NCBI GenBank assembly: GCA_002104905.1
Contig: MCFE01000197.1
Coordinates: 62,001 to 126,000, forward strand
DNA from: Basidiobolus meristosporus CBS 931.73
Lineage: Eukaryota > Fungi > Basidiobolomycota
Length of the DNA: 64,000 bases
Reading direction: 5' to 3'
The notes below the pieces were generated by a model, which was not told where the DNA came from, made no database searches, and saw only the letters and a list, made by a program, of their open reading frames with translations. This document shows positions 38,536 through 51,423 of this stretch, one piece after another. The position numbers were made by a program, and so were the translations under genes. Within the stretch, counting starts at the first letter, position 1. Each line of letters begins with the position of its first letter.

Positions 38536-40770
38536 TGTTGAAATAATGGATCATTTAGTATCAATCAGCAGCTAAGGTTATACCTAACAATTCTGGACCA
38601 GTATGGTCACTGTAAGACTAGCCTATAGCTCTAACTTTGCCACTCTCTTCAGATCTTTGTTCCTATGATTATTCCCCTTCAATTAAGATCAAATTTGCAC
38701 CATCACCAAACATTATGTACTAACCCTGAACAGTATTACAGAATGCTCCTGAGTATTGAGAAGGTCTTCTCACTTAGTATTACAGTTGTATTACTTCTAC
38801 AAAGGTATTAGTACTGAGCTTCTTTGTGAGCAATCATCAGCTTAACTATAATCTCTGTCTCTTAATAAGTTTCTTATATCCAAATTACTGCTTAAATTGC
38901 AACAGGTTATGAGCACCAGTTGCCTTAATCTATTCTAAAGATGGCATATACCAGCCAACAAAACAATACAAACATCTTCCCTGTGAAAGAGAGGCTTAAT
39001 AATAAGCGCTACAAACTTTGAAAATTCCAGATGTAGTTCCACCTTGAGGAAAAAAGCATTGGAGTATAGTAACTGGGAGAGAAGTTGAACCCAAGGGAGC
39101 AGCAGAAGAAGTGGAGAAGTTTCAAGAGAAGGAGAGAAAAGTCTTTAATGCCATATATGTCTATGTGTAAGATTCCTTCATTGGACAAATCCATGCTTCA
39201 AATACTACCAAAGCAGCATAGGAATCCTTACAGAGATCATTTATAAGCAAAGTCAGTATTTAGTAAGCCTTATTTATAACAAAAGCTCTTCAACATGTGG
39301 AAGAAGCCAGACAATGATATGCTACAATTCATTACCACAATTGAGACATTTGCAGAAGAACTTGACAATACCAATGCTGGTCTAGATCATGACAAAAAGA
39401 TACTCTGTCTGCTTTGCAGCTTACCAGACAAGTATGAGCCACTTGTATTCTCCATTAAAGCAGAGAAGACAATCTGACTTAAGGCTATGTCAAGGAATAC
39501 TTCTCCATGAAGAAGCACAGATGTAATGATTGAGCACAGAAAGTTGAAGACAATGCTTTATTACTGCTCAGAAAGGCACACAGAAAAGAATGGAAGGCAA
39601 CAAGTCAAGGAAAACCTGGTTTCTGCAACTACTGTAAGAAGCCAGCACTTTGGGTAAGCAAATGCAAGAAGAAACAAGCAGACATAAAACATAAGCTGCG
39701 AGCAGGCAAACCACATAACTAATGATGAATAGTTATTTGTATCTGTACAACAGAGTGCAAGTAACTAAAGTAATGCGTAGTATATTGCCTCTGGAGCATC
39801 ACAGCATACTTGCAATATACAGGAGTGGTTCAGCAACTCAAAGACTATACCTGTAAGAAATGTTTATCTGGGAGATAACTCTGCACTAGAAGCAACTGCC
39901 AATGGGTCTATACAGCTAAATATGAGTGATATCTAAAGGGCAACAACAGCAAATACTGACTGGTATACTTTAGGAGCCTGGAATAACCAAGAACCTACTT
40001 TTGGTCACTAAGACAACTGCTCTTGTGCACTCAGACACATGTGTGCCAATGAGAGCACTGTTCTTTGGAGCCAAGAGACACTTTATGATGTTTGTGAATG
40101 ACAAGACAAAATATACATTGGATGTTGATCCTCAAAACAAATGATGTGGCTTAAGTGACATTTAAGCTATTTAAGAGCATGGTGGAAGCACAAACTGGGT
40201 GTAAATTCTAGGTACATCAAAGTAACCACAGAGAGGAATACTGTTCAAAGGAGTTTGCAAAATGCTGCTTATTTACTGGCATACTTCAGCAAACCACCTG
40301 TACCACATACTCCACAGCAAAATGGAGTAGCAGATGTGCAACTAGAACAATAGCAGAGATGGGAAGATCTGTGCTACATGATGAGGCAATGGACTACATG
40401 TTTTGACCTGATTTTGTTGCTACCATAGCATACATCAAGAATAGATGCCCAACAGCAGCACTCTAATGATACTACACTTTTTGAAGCATATACAGGCAAA
40501 AATCTGACCTCCAGCACCTCTGGATCTTTAGAAGTGGTGTCTTTCATCACATCCCTGACAGAAAATGTTTAAAGCTGGAACAAAGAGTAGAAACAGGACA
40601 TTTTTTGGGCATTGTGATATTACTAAAGGGTATAGAGTGTATGATGCATAATTCCAAAGCTGATCAAGCACAAGTATGTTGTATTTGAGGAGAGTTCACA
40701 CCAGAAAGCCACTGAGATCATATGCCAACTGCCTGATGATGCAATCAACACTAATGATGAAGATATATTC
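38536..40770 (+). mobile_element. Copia family 2, second copy (5' LTR, PBS, gag, protease, partial integrase), 3' truncated
   Basis: LTR 38536-38904 homologous to 21506-21873; PBS GGTTATGAGCAC. Confidence 0.85.
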
Positions 40771-40939
40771 CTCATGGTAACTAGGTTGAGGGCCCTTTAG
40801 GCAATGCACATCCTAATTGTTCCATCCTTCTTATTCACAAAATCACTTGTGCTCCCCAAGGTGACTTGCTGAGTCTAATATATCCTTGCTCCAATAACTA
40901 ATCTATTTATCTCTTCAACTCTTCCAGTTCCAATTGATT

Positions 40940-41569
40940 CCTGTGTGCCTTGTGCACTACCCTGAAAAGCTCCTTGATGACAGGTCTGAGGTGTAACTGT
41001 TGAAGGTAGGTGAAGTGATCAACTGCTAGTCAATATGTGAGAAGTGTTACAGATTGAAGGGGTGATTATCAATGAGGGATTGACTTCCCTCAACTACTTT
41101 TCCAGATTGCCAAGTGATTACTAATGACCAGGTTCTTGGAGACTCTAGAAATCAGTGGAATTCTGGATGACATCAATATGAGCTAAAAATACTCCAAGAA
41201 GGCCCTGGAAGGTTCTAAAAAGTGCAGCACATCCAACTAATCAAAAATCAGTAGTCTGAAACCTGAGAATCATAGAGATATCATATATGGTATTGAAATG
41301 ATAGGAATGGTGACACAAACTTGGGTCATGTGTCACAGGTACCACCACAGGTACTCACCTAATGTAGATACATATACTGATTGCAAAGCTGAACAATATC
41401 TTGGATTATTAATGTTAGTTACTAATCAGGAATAACATCATCTGGGGATAATACTAATAAGATGGTCAAAGAAGATTGGGGTAATACCAGTAAGATAAAA
41501 TATGGATAAGTGCATAATAATGGCTATATGGATAAACTTGTCTGTGGGAGGTATGCTTACCCTACCACA
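40940..41569. repeat. Partial LTR, family C (inverted relative to 45164-45967)
   Basis: Matches the reverse complement of 45164-45800; ends ...CCCTACCACA at 41569. Confidence 0.78.
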
Positions 41570-41760
41570 CCAGTAAAATCCCAATATACAATGAGACAAC
41601 ACCTGTAAAAAAAATGCTGATAATACCTCATGGAGCCAAGTGAACCCAGTAATCATCAACTAGTCACTGTTGTGTTGTTATAGAGCCATGGCTAGTTTCC
41701 TCCAATATCAGTAATGGGGGCTTTGAGGATTTACTTTTATATCTTGCCAAAATCATTCTG
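41570..41760 (+). pseudogene. CACTA transposase N-terminal fragment
   Basis: Matches the reverse complement of about 60770-60950. Confidence 0.6.
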
Positions 41761-41779
41761 AGCAATTTCTAGATGAGTT

Positions 41780-43719
41780 TTGTATGCTATGAAGCAGCAC
41801 ACTAGTAAATGACTAACATGTCAACATGCATGTGTTTATCTTCATTGGAGATTCCACAGCTGTACTACTTAAGAATAGGAGTAACAACAGAAAGCCTTGT
41901 GATTCCACACAGTTTGAGGCATGGTATGAATACAGACCAAGTGTAGAGCATCTAAGAATGCTTTGGTGTACATCAGATGCTAAGAAACTGCCTGGTATTA
42001 AGGCAAATCATGAGCCAAGAAGCGTAAAATGCTTGTTTGTGGGCCACTACCATGAGAGTAAAGTATGTAGACTCTGTCTAGTACCAGAGCTAAGAGGCTG
42101 ATCAGGTACAGAGAAGTGCTGATTGCTGCAAATTTAAAGTTTTTGCACACAATGACATCAGATTGTGACAGGAATTATATCCTAAGTACACAGATAATCA
42201 GTATTGAATTAGTGTAAAACAATAAAATTCCTTTCACTTAAGATGACTCTATGTCCATGGCTGAGCCTCAATCAGTGTGTAGGAATATCCTAGCAGTGTG
42301 TATTACAGCATCACAAACCAGGAGATCCAACTTGACCAGAAATGGCCCAAGTTACTATATCAACAAGGGTACAAGCTTAGACTATGCCTGTACAGTCCAG
42401 AATGATGAGCCCAAGACTATAAAAGAGGCAAAGTTTTGAAGATCTGCAAAGACTGAGGAGTATCAGGCCCTGATGGAAAATCAAACTTGGGACCTGGTCA
42501 AATTACTAATCAACTAAATATGAATTGGAAGCAGATGTGTCTTCAATACAAATGCAAGGCTGAAGGTTCATATCAAAGATACATAGCAAGACTTGTGGCT
42601 AAAGGATCTTCTCAAAAATAAGTACTTGACTATACTAAAGCCTTTGCTCTGGTTGCCAAGTTTAATTCCATTATATTGGTATTTGAAATTGCAGCCATAT
42701 ATCAGTATTTATAGATGACATGGATGCAAAAACTGCATTCTGGAATAGAGAACTTGATGAAGATATGTATATGGGCCAGCCTCAATGGTTTGTTGACCAC
42801 AATAACCATCATTTGGTCTACAAACTTAAGAGATATCCATTTAGACTGAAACATTTACCAAGAGCCTGGAATTGCAAGATAGACTCTTTCTGGAATTTTC
42901 AGTGTCAACAGGGGTTCTGCTGACTGTAGTAAGTACTATAAGCAAAATATAGCAAGTCTAGTTCTATTAGATCTATATGTGGATGATCTTGTTATAGCCA
43001 CCAATAACCTTGAAACATTGCAAGAGACTAAATCCAGCCTATCTAAGGACCTCAAGATATCCAATGTATAGCTCAGTCACTACTTAGGGATAAAACCTTC
43101 CATAGGCAGAAGCACCTAGACCATCACCCTATACCAGTCAAACATGTTCAAATTTTACTGAAGAAATACCAAATGCAAGTTTGTAAACTGGCAGCTACCC
43201 CAATGTAGATCAAACTTGACTTGGTCAAAACCTAATCAAATCAATTGAGCTTGGTCCTATCAGAAAGCCCTGACTGTCCTTATTTGTCTAAGGCCAGCAT
43301 TCTGATATGTATTACGCTTGAAACATGTCCAGCTATCTCATACTTGGTGAGAGTTGTTGGTCAGCACAATAGATGTATAGACCTAATTTTATTACTGCAG
43401 TTAAGTAGATTTTTAGATCCCCAAACAGAACTGCTGATATATGCATGAGGCATAACTACAAGGATACAGAGCAAGATCTTGTGAGATACCCTGAAGCTGA
43501 TTGGGGACAAAACTCAGAAGACAGAAGATCTACCACAGGATACACCTTTCTTTACTGTCAAGGAGCAATTTCATGGAATTCATGAAAGCAACCAACCATT
43601 GCACTTTCTACCACTGAAGAAGAGTATATAGCATTATGTGATGCCACAAAAGATGCAATGTGGTTAACAAGGATTTTGAGATTTAAGCTTATGTCAAGAA
43701 ATGCCTACCGCTTCATTTG
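41780..43719 (+). pseudogene. Copia family 1 integrase 3' part, RT and RNase H fragment
   Basis: EYQALMENQTWDLV; MDAKTAFWN; LYVDDL; STTGYTF...QPTIALSTTEEEY; homologous to 300-520. Confidence 0.82.
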
Positions 43720-44517
43720 CCCTATGAAGATAATTTGATGCTGCTGGTGGATTCAATCCAGACCAGCCATCATGATCCCATCAGGAGACAATTATTTACA
43801 CCAGCAGCTTGGAATTAACAACCATCTACATGATCTTATCACAGGAATACAGCAGTGTTTGGCTAATTTTCCCGCCAAATAAAGTTAAAAGATATAAAAG
43901 TGCTATTGCAGTGTTTTGCAAAGGGTGGCATGGCATTGTTGCAGCCTTAGTGCACTCAGCTACTATTTGAGTAGATCTAACCTGCCAGTACATCCAATTG
44001 CCTTATTTGGCAAAAAGCTTGACAGTATTTTGATGGTCTCATTGCAAGCCTGTACTGGCATTATCATAGCAGTATAGCAGCCTACGGCTAGTTCTGCGTA
44101 ATGCTACTGTACAAACTTACCAATAGGTATTTCCTTTTTCTACCCCCTTGCGCAATTCATAAAATCCACTATAATATTTGCTTACCCACCACTACCTGTG
44201 TATTCTACATATAGATCAAATCCAAAAACTCTATGGCCTCCTGCTTACCAATCTCTACAAACATGCACACCTGCCACAATGCCCTATAAAGATAATTTGG
44301 TCCCACAGGTGGATCTAATCCAGATTGGCTGTTAAGATCCTGCCAGGAGACTGCTCTATTGTCAGCAGCTTGGAATTAATGACCATCTTCATGATCTTGT
44401 GATGCAATCACCATGCCATTTTGCTAATTTTATAGCCAAATAAAGTTGATAAAATATAACAGTGTTTGTTCATTGTCTTGCCAACAGTGGCATGGCATTG
44501 CTACAGTCTTAGTGCGC
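43720..44517. mobile_element. Two successive CACTA left ends (TIR-like starts at 43720 and 44282); the second resumes at 52499-52801
   Basis: CCCTATGAAGATAATT and CCCTATAAAGATAATT followed by the family left subterminal sequence. Confidence 0.78.
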
Positions 44518-45163
44518 TGTGGTGGTGTATAGGTCCAAGGGAGAGATACGTCCAACACTTCTCAAGTGTTCTGTGTGTGGGATGTTCACTGGGTGCAATA
44601 ACCTATGGCAAAAGCTTGCTAGGAATACTTGGGTTCTGTTTCTAATCTAATGTGAAGGGGAATAAAGCCACAAGCTTGTCAAGGGAAAACTATTGAGCTA
44701 CAATCCCCAACTTAGTTGGAGTCTTAACAAAAGTATGTGCTGGGTTCAGCGTCCTTTGAGATGAGAATGTACTAAAGCTTCCAAAGTCAAAACAACTGTA
44801 AACTCCACTAGCAGGGACTTGATAAGAATGCAGCTGTGGTCAATAGTTACAAAGACAGAAAAGTATCTTTGCCTGTACAAGAACAAACTTGGGAAAGAAT
44901 CAAATATAATAAAAGATACCTACTCTGAGTATTCCTCACAAGTAGTGCCTCCAAGGTCAGTTGGCTGTCAGCACGGTTTCCTGGGAGTGTCCTGTGGTCT
45001 AGGGTTGGAAGTGCAGGTAGCAGCAGGTAGCAGTGATCACACTAATCAACAAGTTGGTATATTGATAAAAGGGATGATGATTTATTGTAGAGGGATAGCC
45101 TCCCTTATATACTTTTCTCACTGGCTAAGTGATTACTAATCATGGTGTTCCAGAAGGTTCCGG

Positions 45164-45967
45164 TGTGGTAGGGTAAACATACCTCCCACAGACAAGTTTA
45201 TTCATATAGTCATTATGATATACTTATCCATATTTTATCTTATCAGTATTATCCCATTCTTCTTTTGCCCATATTATCAGTATTATCCCCATATGATGTT
45301 TACCCTGATTAGTTATTAGCATTAGTTATCCCATATGTTATTCAGCTTTGTGATCAGTAGATGTATCTATATAAGGCAAGTACCCGCGTCAGTACCCGTG
45401 ACACATGACCTAGGTCTGTGTTACCATCTCTACCATTTCAATACCATATATGGTATTTCTATGTTGCACAGGTTTCAGACTACTGATTCCTGATTGGTTG
45501 AGAGTGCTGTGCCTTTTAGAACCTTCCAGGACATTCTTGGCATATTTTTAGCTCATAGTGATGTCATCAAGAATTCCACTGATACCTAGAATCTTCTAGA
45601 ACCTTGTCATTTGTAATCACTTGGCAATCAGGAAAAGTATTTAAGGGAAAGCAATCCCTCATCAATAAATCATCCCTTCTATCAGTAACACTTCTACCTT
45701 ATTGATTAGCAGTTGATCACTGCACCTGCCTTCAACAGTACATCTAAGACCTGCCATCAAGGAGCTTTTCAGGGTAGTGCACAAGACACACAGAGGCCTT
45801 TGGAGACACTTGGAGCACCTAGGGAGCTAAAGAAGCAGGAGCTCTTACCATAGTGACATATTGACAAAGACACCAGCAGTTTAGACACAGAGGTTATTGC
45901 ACCCATCAGACACCTCACACACCTTGAGTTGTGTAGCTTCTCCCAGGAGTACCTCTACACCACCACA
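45164..45967. repeat. Solo LTR, family C (804 bp), inserted in the Gypsy B 3' LTR
   Basis: TGTGG...CCACA ends; TSD CCGG; the empty site in the sister LTR reads TTCTGG near 52070; shares a core of about 250 bp with LTR B. Confidence 0.9.
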
Positions 45968-46435
45968 CCGGATATCAATAGAAATCTTAATGACATCAGA
46001 ATGACCTAAGAATGCTCTAAGTAGGTGCTGGAAGGTTCTAAGAGGCACAGCACATCCAACCAATTAGGAATCAGTATTCTGAAACCTGTGTAACATGGGG
46101 ATACCATATATGGTATGGAAATGGTAGGGATGGTGATATGGGTTGATCATGTGTCACGGGTACTGGCGCGGGTACTTGCCTAATATAGAAGCACTTGTAG
46201 CTAGAAATCTTACATAAAGTGAGGGGTAACTTATGCAATAAGGTAAGCAGGTGTGATAGTCAACCAGCTTATGGGATAGTACTGATTGGGTAAGACAAAT
46301 GGGATAAAACTAAAATGAGTGTAGTAGGGATATAGGGAAGTAGAAAATAAGGGAATGAGCACATCTGTCAGTGGGTGTCACTGTCACCCCACTACATCCA
46401 CCCCCCTCTCAGCTTTGAACTTGGGTCAAAGCAAA

Positions 46436-49348
46436 CTAATCTTGATGTGCAAAATTCTTATGCTTGAATAACTTAAGTTGATTTCCAGCAACTGGTGCTC
46501 TCAACTGGGTGTTGTCAAGCTCAGATATGTAATAACTTCCATTTCCAATCAGTTTGGAAATGAGGCAGGGGCCAGTCCATTTGTTGTCAAACTTCCGACT
46601 CCATTGCTTGTCCAAGGTAGAATCATAGAGTAATACTGGGTCTCCTAGTGCTAGAGGTTTTGGTCTTGTTGGGTGTGATTTGTCAAAGGGCACCTTGTTC
46701 TTTAGTCATGAATCCTTAAGTTGTTCAGCAGCTCTGCTAATATTCAAGTCATGGTGATCAAGTTGCTCTATGCGAGTTGCAAGGAGGTCTTCAGTCTGCA
46801 TATTGGATCTCCAATTCAATGAGTTCCAAGTGACTGTGATTAACTCAACTGGTAGTATGCAGTCATGTCCATAGAGTAGCTTGAATGGCAATAATCCAGT
46901 TGTTCTCTTGGTAGTAATTCTATCTGCCCAGAGTACTAGATGTAATTGCTGTGGCCACAGTGTTGTGTTATTCTCACAAGTCTTGACAAGAGAGTTCACC
47001 AATGGTCCATGTCCTCTCTCTATCATTCCATTGGCTTGAGGGTGGTAAGCTGTTGTGAAAGCTATGTGTATCTTGTACTTTGAGCACAACTCCTGGATCA
47101 TTTGGGATGTCATCTCTCCTCTGTCAGCAACAAACTGTTGGATGCAGCCAAATCTGCAGATGATGTCTTCAGGTATAAATCTCCATATGGTATGGCTCTT
47201 GTTGTTAGGCAAGGCTCAAGCCTCTGCCCATCCACTAAGGTCATCTCTAGCAACAATCAGGTACTTTTTTGATCCAGCTGTTGGCATGTAGACAAGGTCA
47301 ATACCAACCTTTTGCCACAGACAGATTGTGTAAGTAGGATGCAGTGGTTCTTCATAACGCTTGGAGGATCTCTTCTGGCAGGCTACACATGACTCAACAA
47401 AGTGTTGGATATCATAGTACATGTTTTCCCAGTAGTACCTCTGAGCTGTAGTTTTTTATGTGGCTTCTTGTCCTCTATGTCCTCCTGGTTCTCCTTGGTG
47501 GATACTTGTCATGATGTTCAGTTGCTCTTGAGGGGTAGTGACTACTCTTCTTGGCATAAGTCCAGACTTCACTTGCTTAAAGAGAAGATCATCTTTAAGA
47601 TAGTAGTAGTGTGCCTTCTTCCGGAGTTTTCTAAACTCCTGAATATCCATCCAACTAGGTTACTTAAGTGTCCTTAGATATTCCTTAATCAGACTCCAGG
47701 TAGTTCTCTCTTGGTCTTTGATGGCAATCTGTCAGATCTCTGCATCAATAATATCATCAAAGTGAGGGTCCAAGTCTTCAAATAATTGTGGTCCCTTCCT
47801 GGAGAGTGCATCAGCCACAACATTTGTCTTGCCAGGGATATGTCTGACCTCAAAGTCAAACATTTTCAGCCATGCCATCCATTGGTTTGTGGCATCATCA
47901 GGTAGGTCAGGCTTGTTGATCATTCCTATCAGTGGCTTGGCATCTGTCTCCAGGATAAAATGTGTCATGTAGAGTTGTGACTTCAGTTTCCTCAGCATCT
48001 TCACAACTCCAAGTAGTTCTCTCTTAATCTGAGAGTATCTTTGCTCTCTAGGAGAGAATAGGCAGCTCTCATATCTGCAGGCATAGCGGTTGCCATCTTC
48101 ATCATCTTGTCCAAGAAGTGCTCCAGCTCCTATAGGGCTTGCATCCACTGTCAAAATAGGCGGGCATTCAGTGCTTTGATAGTCATGAGGTCTTAGAACT
48201 GGTGGAGATACTAAGGCCTCTTTCAGTAATTGCATGGCTTCTTCTTGCTCTTCTCCCCAGATAAATGGGGTATTCTTTCTCTGTAGTTGGTAGATTAGTT
48301 CTGCTATCTCCAAAAATCTTGGGATCCAGATCCTAAAGAACCCACAAGCAGCCACAAAGCCACCAGCTTGTGTAAGATTTGTGGGGGTAGGCCAGTTGAG
48401 TATCTTTTGTGTCTTGGAGTCTCCAGGTGAACAACCAAAGGTGTTGCATTTTTGTCCCACAATGGATATCTCTGATACACCAAAGCTGCTTTTCTCACCA
48501 CTGATGGTGAGTCCTGCTTCTTCAATGGCTCCTAATATGGCATCATTGTCTACAATATGGTTATAGACAAACTTTCTTACTCCAGGCATAACTTCAGTGG
48601 TGTCCCAGGAATTTGGTTCTTTGATGCCTATGTCATCCACAAAGATAGCAAGTTTCTCAGGTATAAACAGATACAGCACATTTACCATGCATCTTGGGAA
48701 CTGAGCCACAAAGTTTGTAGCCCCTTGGCTGAGTCTTGTCATCCTTAACAGTCCAAATGGTGTCTGTAGTGCAAACATATCTCTTGATGTCTTATCAAGG
48801 GGGATCTGGTCATATCCTGAGTAGAGATCATATGTTAAGTAGATGGAGTGGCCACTAAAGCTTTCTGCAAAGTCATCAATAGATGGAGGTATAGCAGCAT
48901 CTCTGATAGTGACAGCATTTGCAGGTTGCATATCTTGAATGAATTGGAGCTTTCCATTCTTCTTTTTGGTCACAAACCATCTGTTAGCATAGGGTCCATG
49001 GCAAGGTTCTAGGATACCAGCTTCTATCTTCTTCTTAAGTAGGTCATGCACATCAGCTTGGAGTCCTCTGGGCAGTGGGTAAGGCTTAAATGACCAGGGT
49101 GTGTGGGGCACTGTATGAATCTTGATGGATTTTTCAACCGATGTCTTTAAGAGTCCCATCTCCTTGTCATTATATGAGAAGACCTTATCATGCCTTTTCA
49201 AGGTCTCCTTGAATAATAGTATCTCCTCTGGTGTTAGGTTTCCATCACCAATGATAAGTTGCTTAAGTCTCTCAGGTGTAAGTTGTATATCTTCTGGTGT
49301 TTCTTCTGGTGGTCTAATGTAATCAGCAGGCTGAGATCCATCAGTCAA
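46436..49348 (-). pseudogene. pol: Gypsy B RT-RNase H-integrase: one reading frame with five in-frame stops
   Basis: YDLYSGYDQI; FVDD; TVDASPIGAGALLGQ; NVVADALSR; HRG..T...YYW..M...CVAC; AYHPQANGMIERGH; WTGP. Confidence 0.93.
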
Positions 49349-49425
49349 TGGGGTAAGTGATGGTCTAATCTTCTGTTCTACTGTCTTGTATTTTGTTTGA
49401 TCCGTAGCTGTTTGCTCCTGTATAC

Positions 49426-50352
49426 CTAATGAGCAGCTCCAAATGTTGGGTGTATATTGTCAGGCTCTTCATCTTCTTCCATAACAAGATGTGCCTTCTG
49501 GCAAGCAGTATGCGTCCTCTTATTGTTGGGTGTTACACCACAGAAGGTTGACTGTAGTCCTGGATTGGATCCTTGTATGGTGTACCATACTAACCCATTG
49601 GAATAGTTGGTAATTGTAGCCTTAGTACTGGCTTCCCATGGTCTACCTAGCAGAAGGTCAAAGTTTGCCTTATGGCAGATGAAGAGGGGAAGCCAGACCT
49701 TGATTCCTTGTACCTCAATAGTGAACTTATGTACTACACCATAGAGTGGACTAGATCCTGAGTTTGCATTGGTCATATTCCATCCAATATCTCTATCAAC
49801 AGGCAGTAGCTCCTTGCTTTTAAGTGTCTTCCAGAAGTCTAGCGGCATAACACAAATCTCTGAGCCACTGTCAATATGGCAGTCAACAGGGTCATCATAT
49901 GTATACCCTTTCACCACAGCAGTTGCAACTGAGTAAAAGGTCTGATATTCAGTAGTGTTATCATCCTTTTGGTGGTCTTCATGGTTTGTCTGAATTATAT
50001 GGGTGTCCATATGTTCAACAGCTTGTTGTCTTGTTCTAAGCTGCTCATCAAAGGTCTTCCTAACAGATGGGGATACACTCATGATTTCTCCAACCAACAA
50101 AGTGAAGTTCTGCTCCAGCAGCTTCTCAGTAATCGGTTGAGGGCTTGAGTAGCTTGCTATCTTTGAGGTCATCTGAAAGTGAGGCAATGGATCTTGGGTG
50201 GGCAGCATACTCGGCCTCTTGTCAATAACAACTTCAGGTTCTTCAAATCGTGGTCTTCTAAGGATGGGCTTGGCAGGTTCTTCAGGGAGGTGTCTTTTGG
50301 TAGCAAAGGCATCAACTTCATATTGTCTGTTGTCAGGGCTGCTTGGATTCAC
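49426..50352 (-). CDS. Gypsy B DUF4100-like region plus aspartic protease
   Basis: FTLLVGEIMSVSPSVRK; CHIDSGSEICVM; DLLLGRPW; the frame stays open upstream to about 50442. Confidence 0.8.
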   Translation of the reverse strand: MNPSSPDNRQYEVDAFATKRHLPEEPAKPILRRPRFEEPEVVIDKRPSMLPTQDPLPHFQMTSKIASYSSPQPITEKLLEQNFTLLVGEIMSVSPSVRKTFDEQLRTRQQAVEHMDTHIIQTNHEDHQKDDNTTEYQTFYSVATAVVKGYTYDDPVDCHIDSGSEICVMPLDFWKTLKSKELLPVDRDIGWNMTNANSGSSPLYGVVHKFTIEVQGIKVWLPLFICHKANFDLLLGRPWEASTKATITNYSNGLVWYTIQGSNPGLQSTFCGVTPNNKRTHTACQKAHLVMEEDEEPDNIHPTFGAAH

Positions 50353-51230
50353 TTTATGAGTCTCAATAGGGACATCAACAGTAAACTTTCTGGTTGCTGA
50401 GTCAGATTTCTGGAAAGGGCTCTCATCCCTCCTCTTTGGAAATTAGTGGGAATCCTTCTTCCTTCCTTGTCAGCAAGCATTCCATCAGCATAAAACTGTA
50501 CTGCTCCTTCTCTGAGTAGCTGACTAAGCTCTGAGCATTCTTGTCTGGCATGCTGAGTAGAGTAACACCAGAAGCAGTGCCTGGGCAAAGGTCTTTGTCC
50601 CTCAGTAGCAACCTCAGCTGAGCCATTAATCTTGAGGGCTAGTTTTTGTAGCTGTTCAGCAAGTTGGTCAATTCTGTTGGTAGTGTAGGTCTGATTGTCC
50701 GCAGCAGCACTCCTTGGCTCCTTGGTTGACTGGTCTGGCAGATTAGATGTCAGGAGTCTCATAAAGGTAGAAGTTTGTTTTGCCTCTGGGAGAACATGTT
50801 TCATCTCTGCAAAGCAAGGAATGCCAGACTTGTCATCCTTGGCTGCATGTAAGTCAACTTTCCTTGCCAAGTCCTGGGGAAGCCCTTGTGCAAGGTAAAG
50901 TGTTATGGTAAACTCAGTCATAGCCTGGGACTCTAGGAGTGGCTTGGCCATATCTTCATACTGTTGAATGAACTCTTCAAGTGGTAGCTTGGAAAGTCCA
51001 GTTCTTCCAAAGTGCCTGAGGTCTTCAATTCCATAGTATATCTGGGGTCTACCATACTTGGTCTGTAGGTAGGTCTTCATTAAGGCCCAGTCAGTGAGAA
51101 TATCTCCTTGTCTGAGAAGCTTAGTGGTAATATCATTGGTGCAGTAGTAGGGGAAGTCTTCAGCCATTTCTTGTTCAGATAGGCTGCACATCTTGCAGAG
51201 CTTCTCCCATTTGAATATGAAGCTTTCCAC
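50349..51230 (-). CDS. gag: Gypsy B Gag with CCHC knuckle
   Basis: 293-aa open frame downstream of the PBS; CFWCYSTQHARQEC. Confidence 0.82.
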   Translation of the reverse strand: MESFIFKWEKLCKMCSLSEQEMAEDFPYYCTNDITTKLLRQGDILTDWALMKTYLQTKYGRPQIYYGIEDLRHFGRTGLSKLPLEEFIQQYEDMAKPLLESQAMTEFTITLYLAQGLPQDLARKVDLHAAKDDKSGIPCFAEMKHVLPEAKQTSTFMRLLTSNLPDQSTKEPRSAAADNQTYTTNRIDQLAEQLQKLALKINGSAEVATEGQRPLPRHCFWCYSTQHARQECSELSQLLREGAVQFYADGMLADKEGRRIPTNFQRGGMRALSRNLTQQPESLLLMSLLRLIK

Positions 51231-51406
51231 ATTCTTTCCATCAAACTGTGGGGCTCCATGTGAGAGTCATAATGGCATAGAGTTCATTTTGGGCAGGTAG
51301 GTTGGTGTTGTAATCTTGGTAATATTGGTAGTCTCTTTTCAATAGGTGGATAACAGCTCAAATCTTCAGGTAGATCTTGTTGGGTCCTAGGGAGCTTGTA
51401 TGAACC

Positions 51407-51423
51407 CCCCATGTTGGGTGCCA
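51407..51423 (-). promoter_or_regulatory. Primer-binding site, tRNA-Lys(CUU) type
   Basis: TGGCACCCAACATGGGG versus the known Lys1,2 PBS TGGCGCCCAACGTGGGG; both mismatches are CpG to CpA. Confidence 0.8.

Noticed and set aside
44819-45139. 106-aa ORF repeated at 51729-52049 and partly at 54665-54895
   Set aside because: It lies in LTR B, so the repetition only reflects LTR identity. It starts at TTG, shows no recognisable domain, and is truncated in the older copy.
46397-46700. Chromodomain or env gene after the Gypsy B integrase
   Set aside because: The frame ends shortly after the GPY/F-like motif and is followed directly by the PPT and LTR.
49349-49470. Second programmed frameshift between protease and RT (betaretrovirus-like gag-pro-pol)
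   Set aside because: No slippery heptamer; a CAG-to-TAG change plus loss of one A restores ...RIKTKYKTVEQKIRP, so decay is a sufficient explanation.
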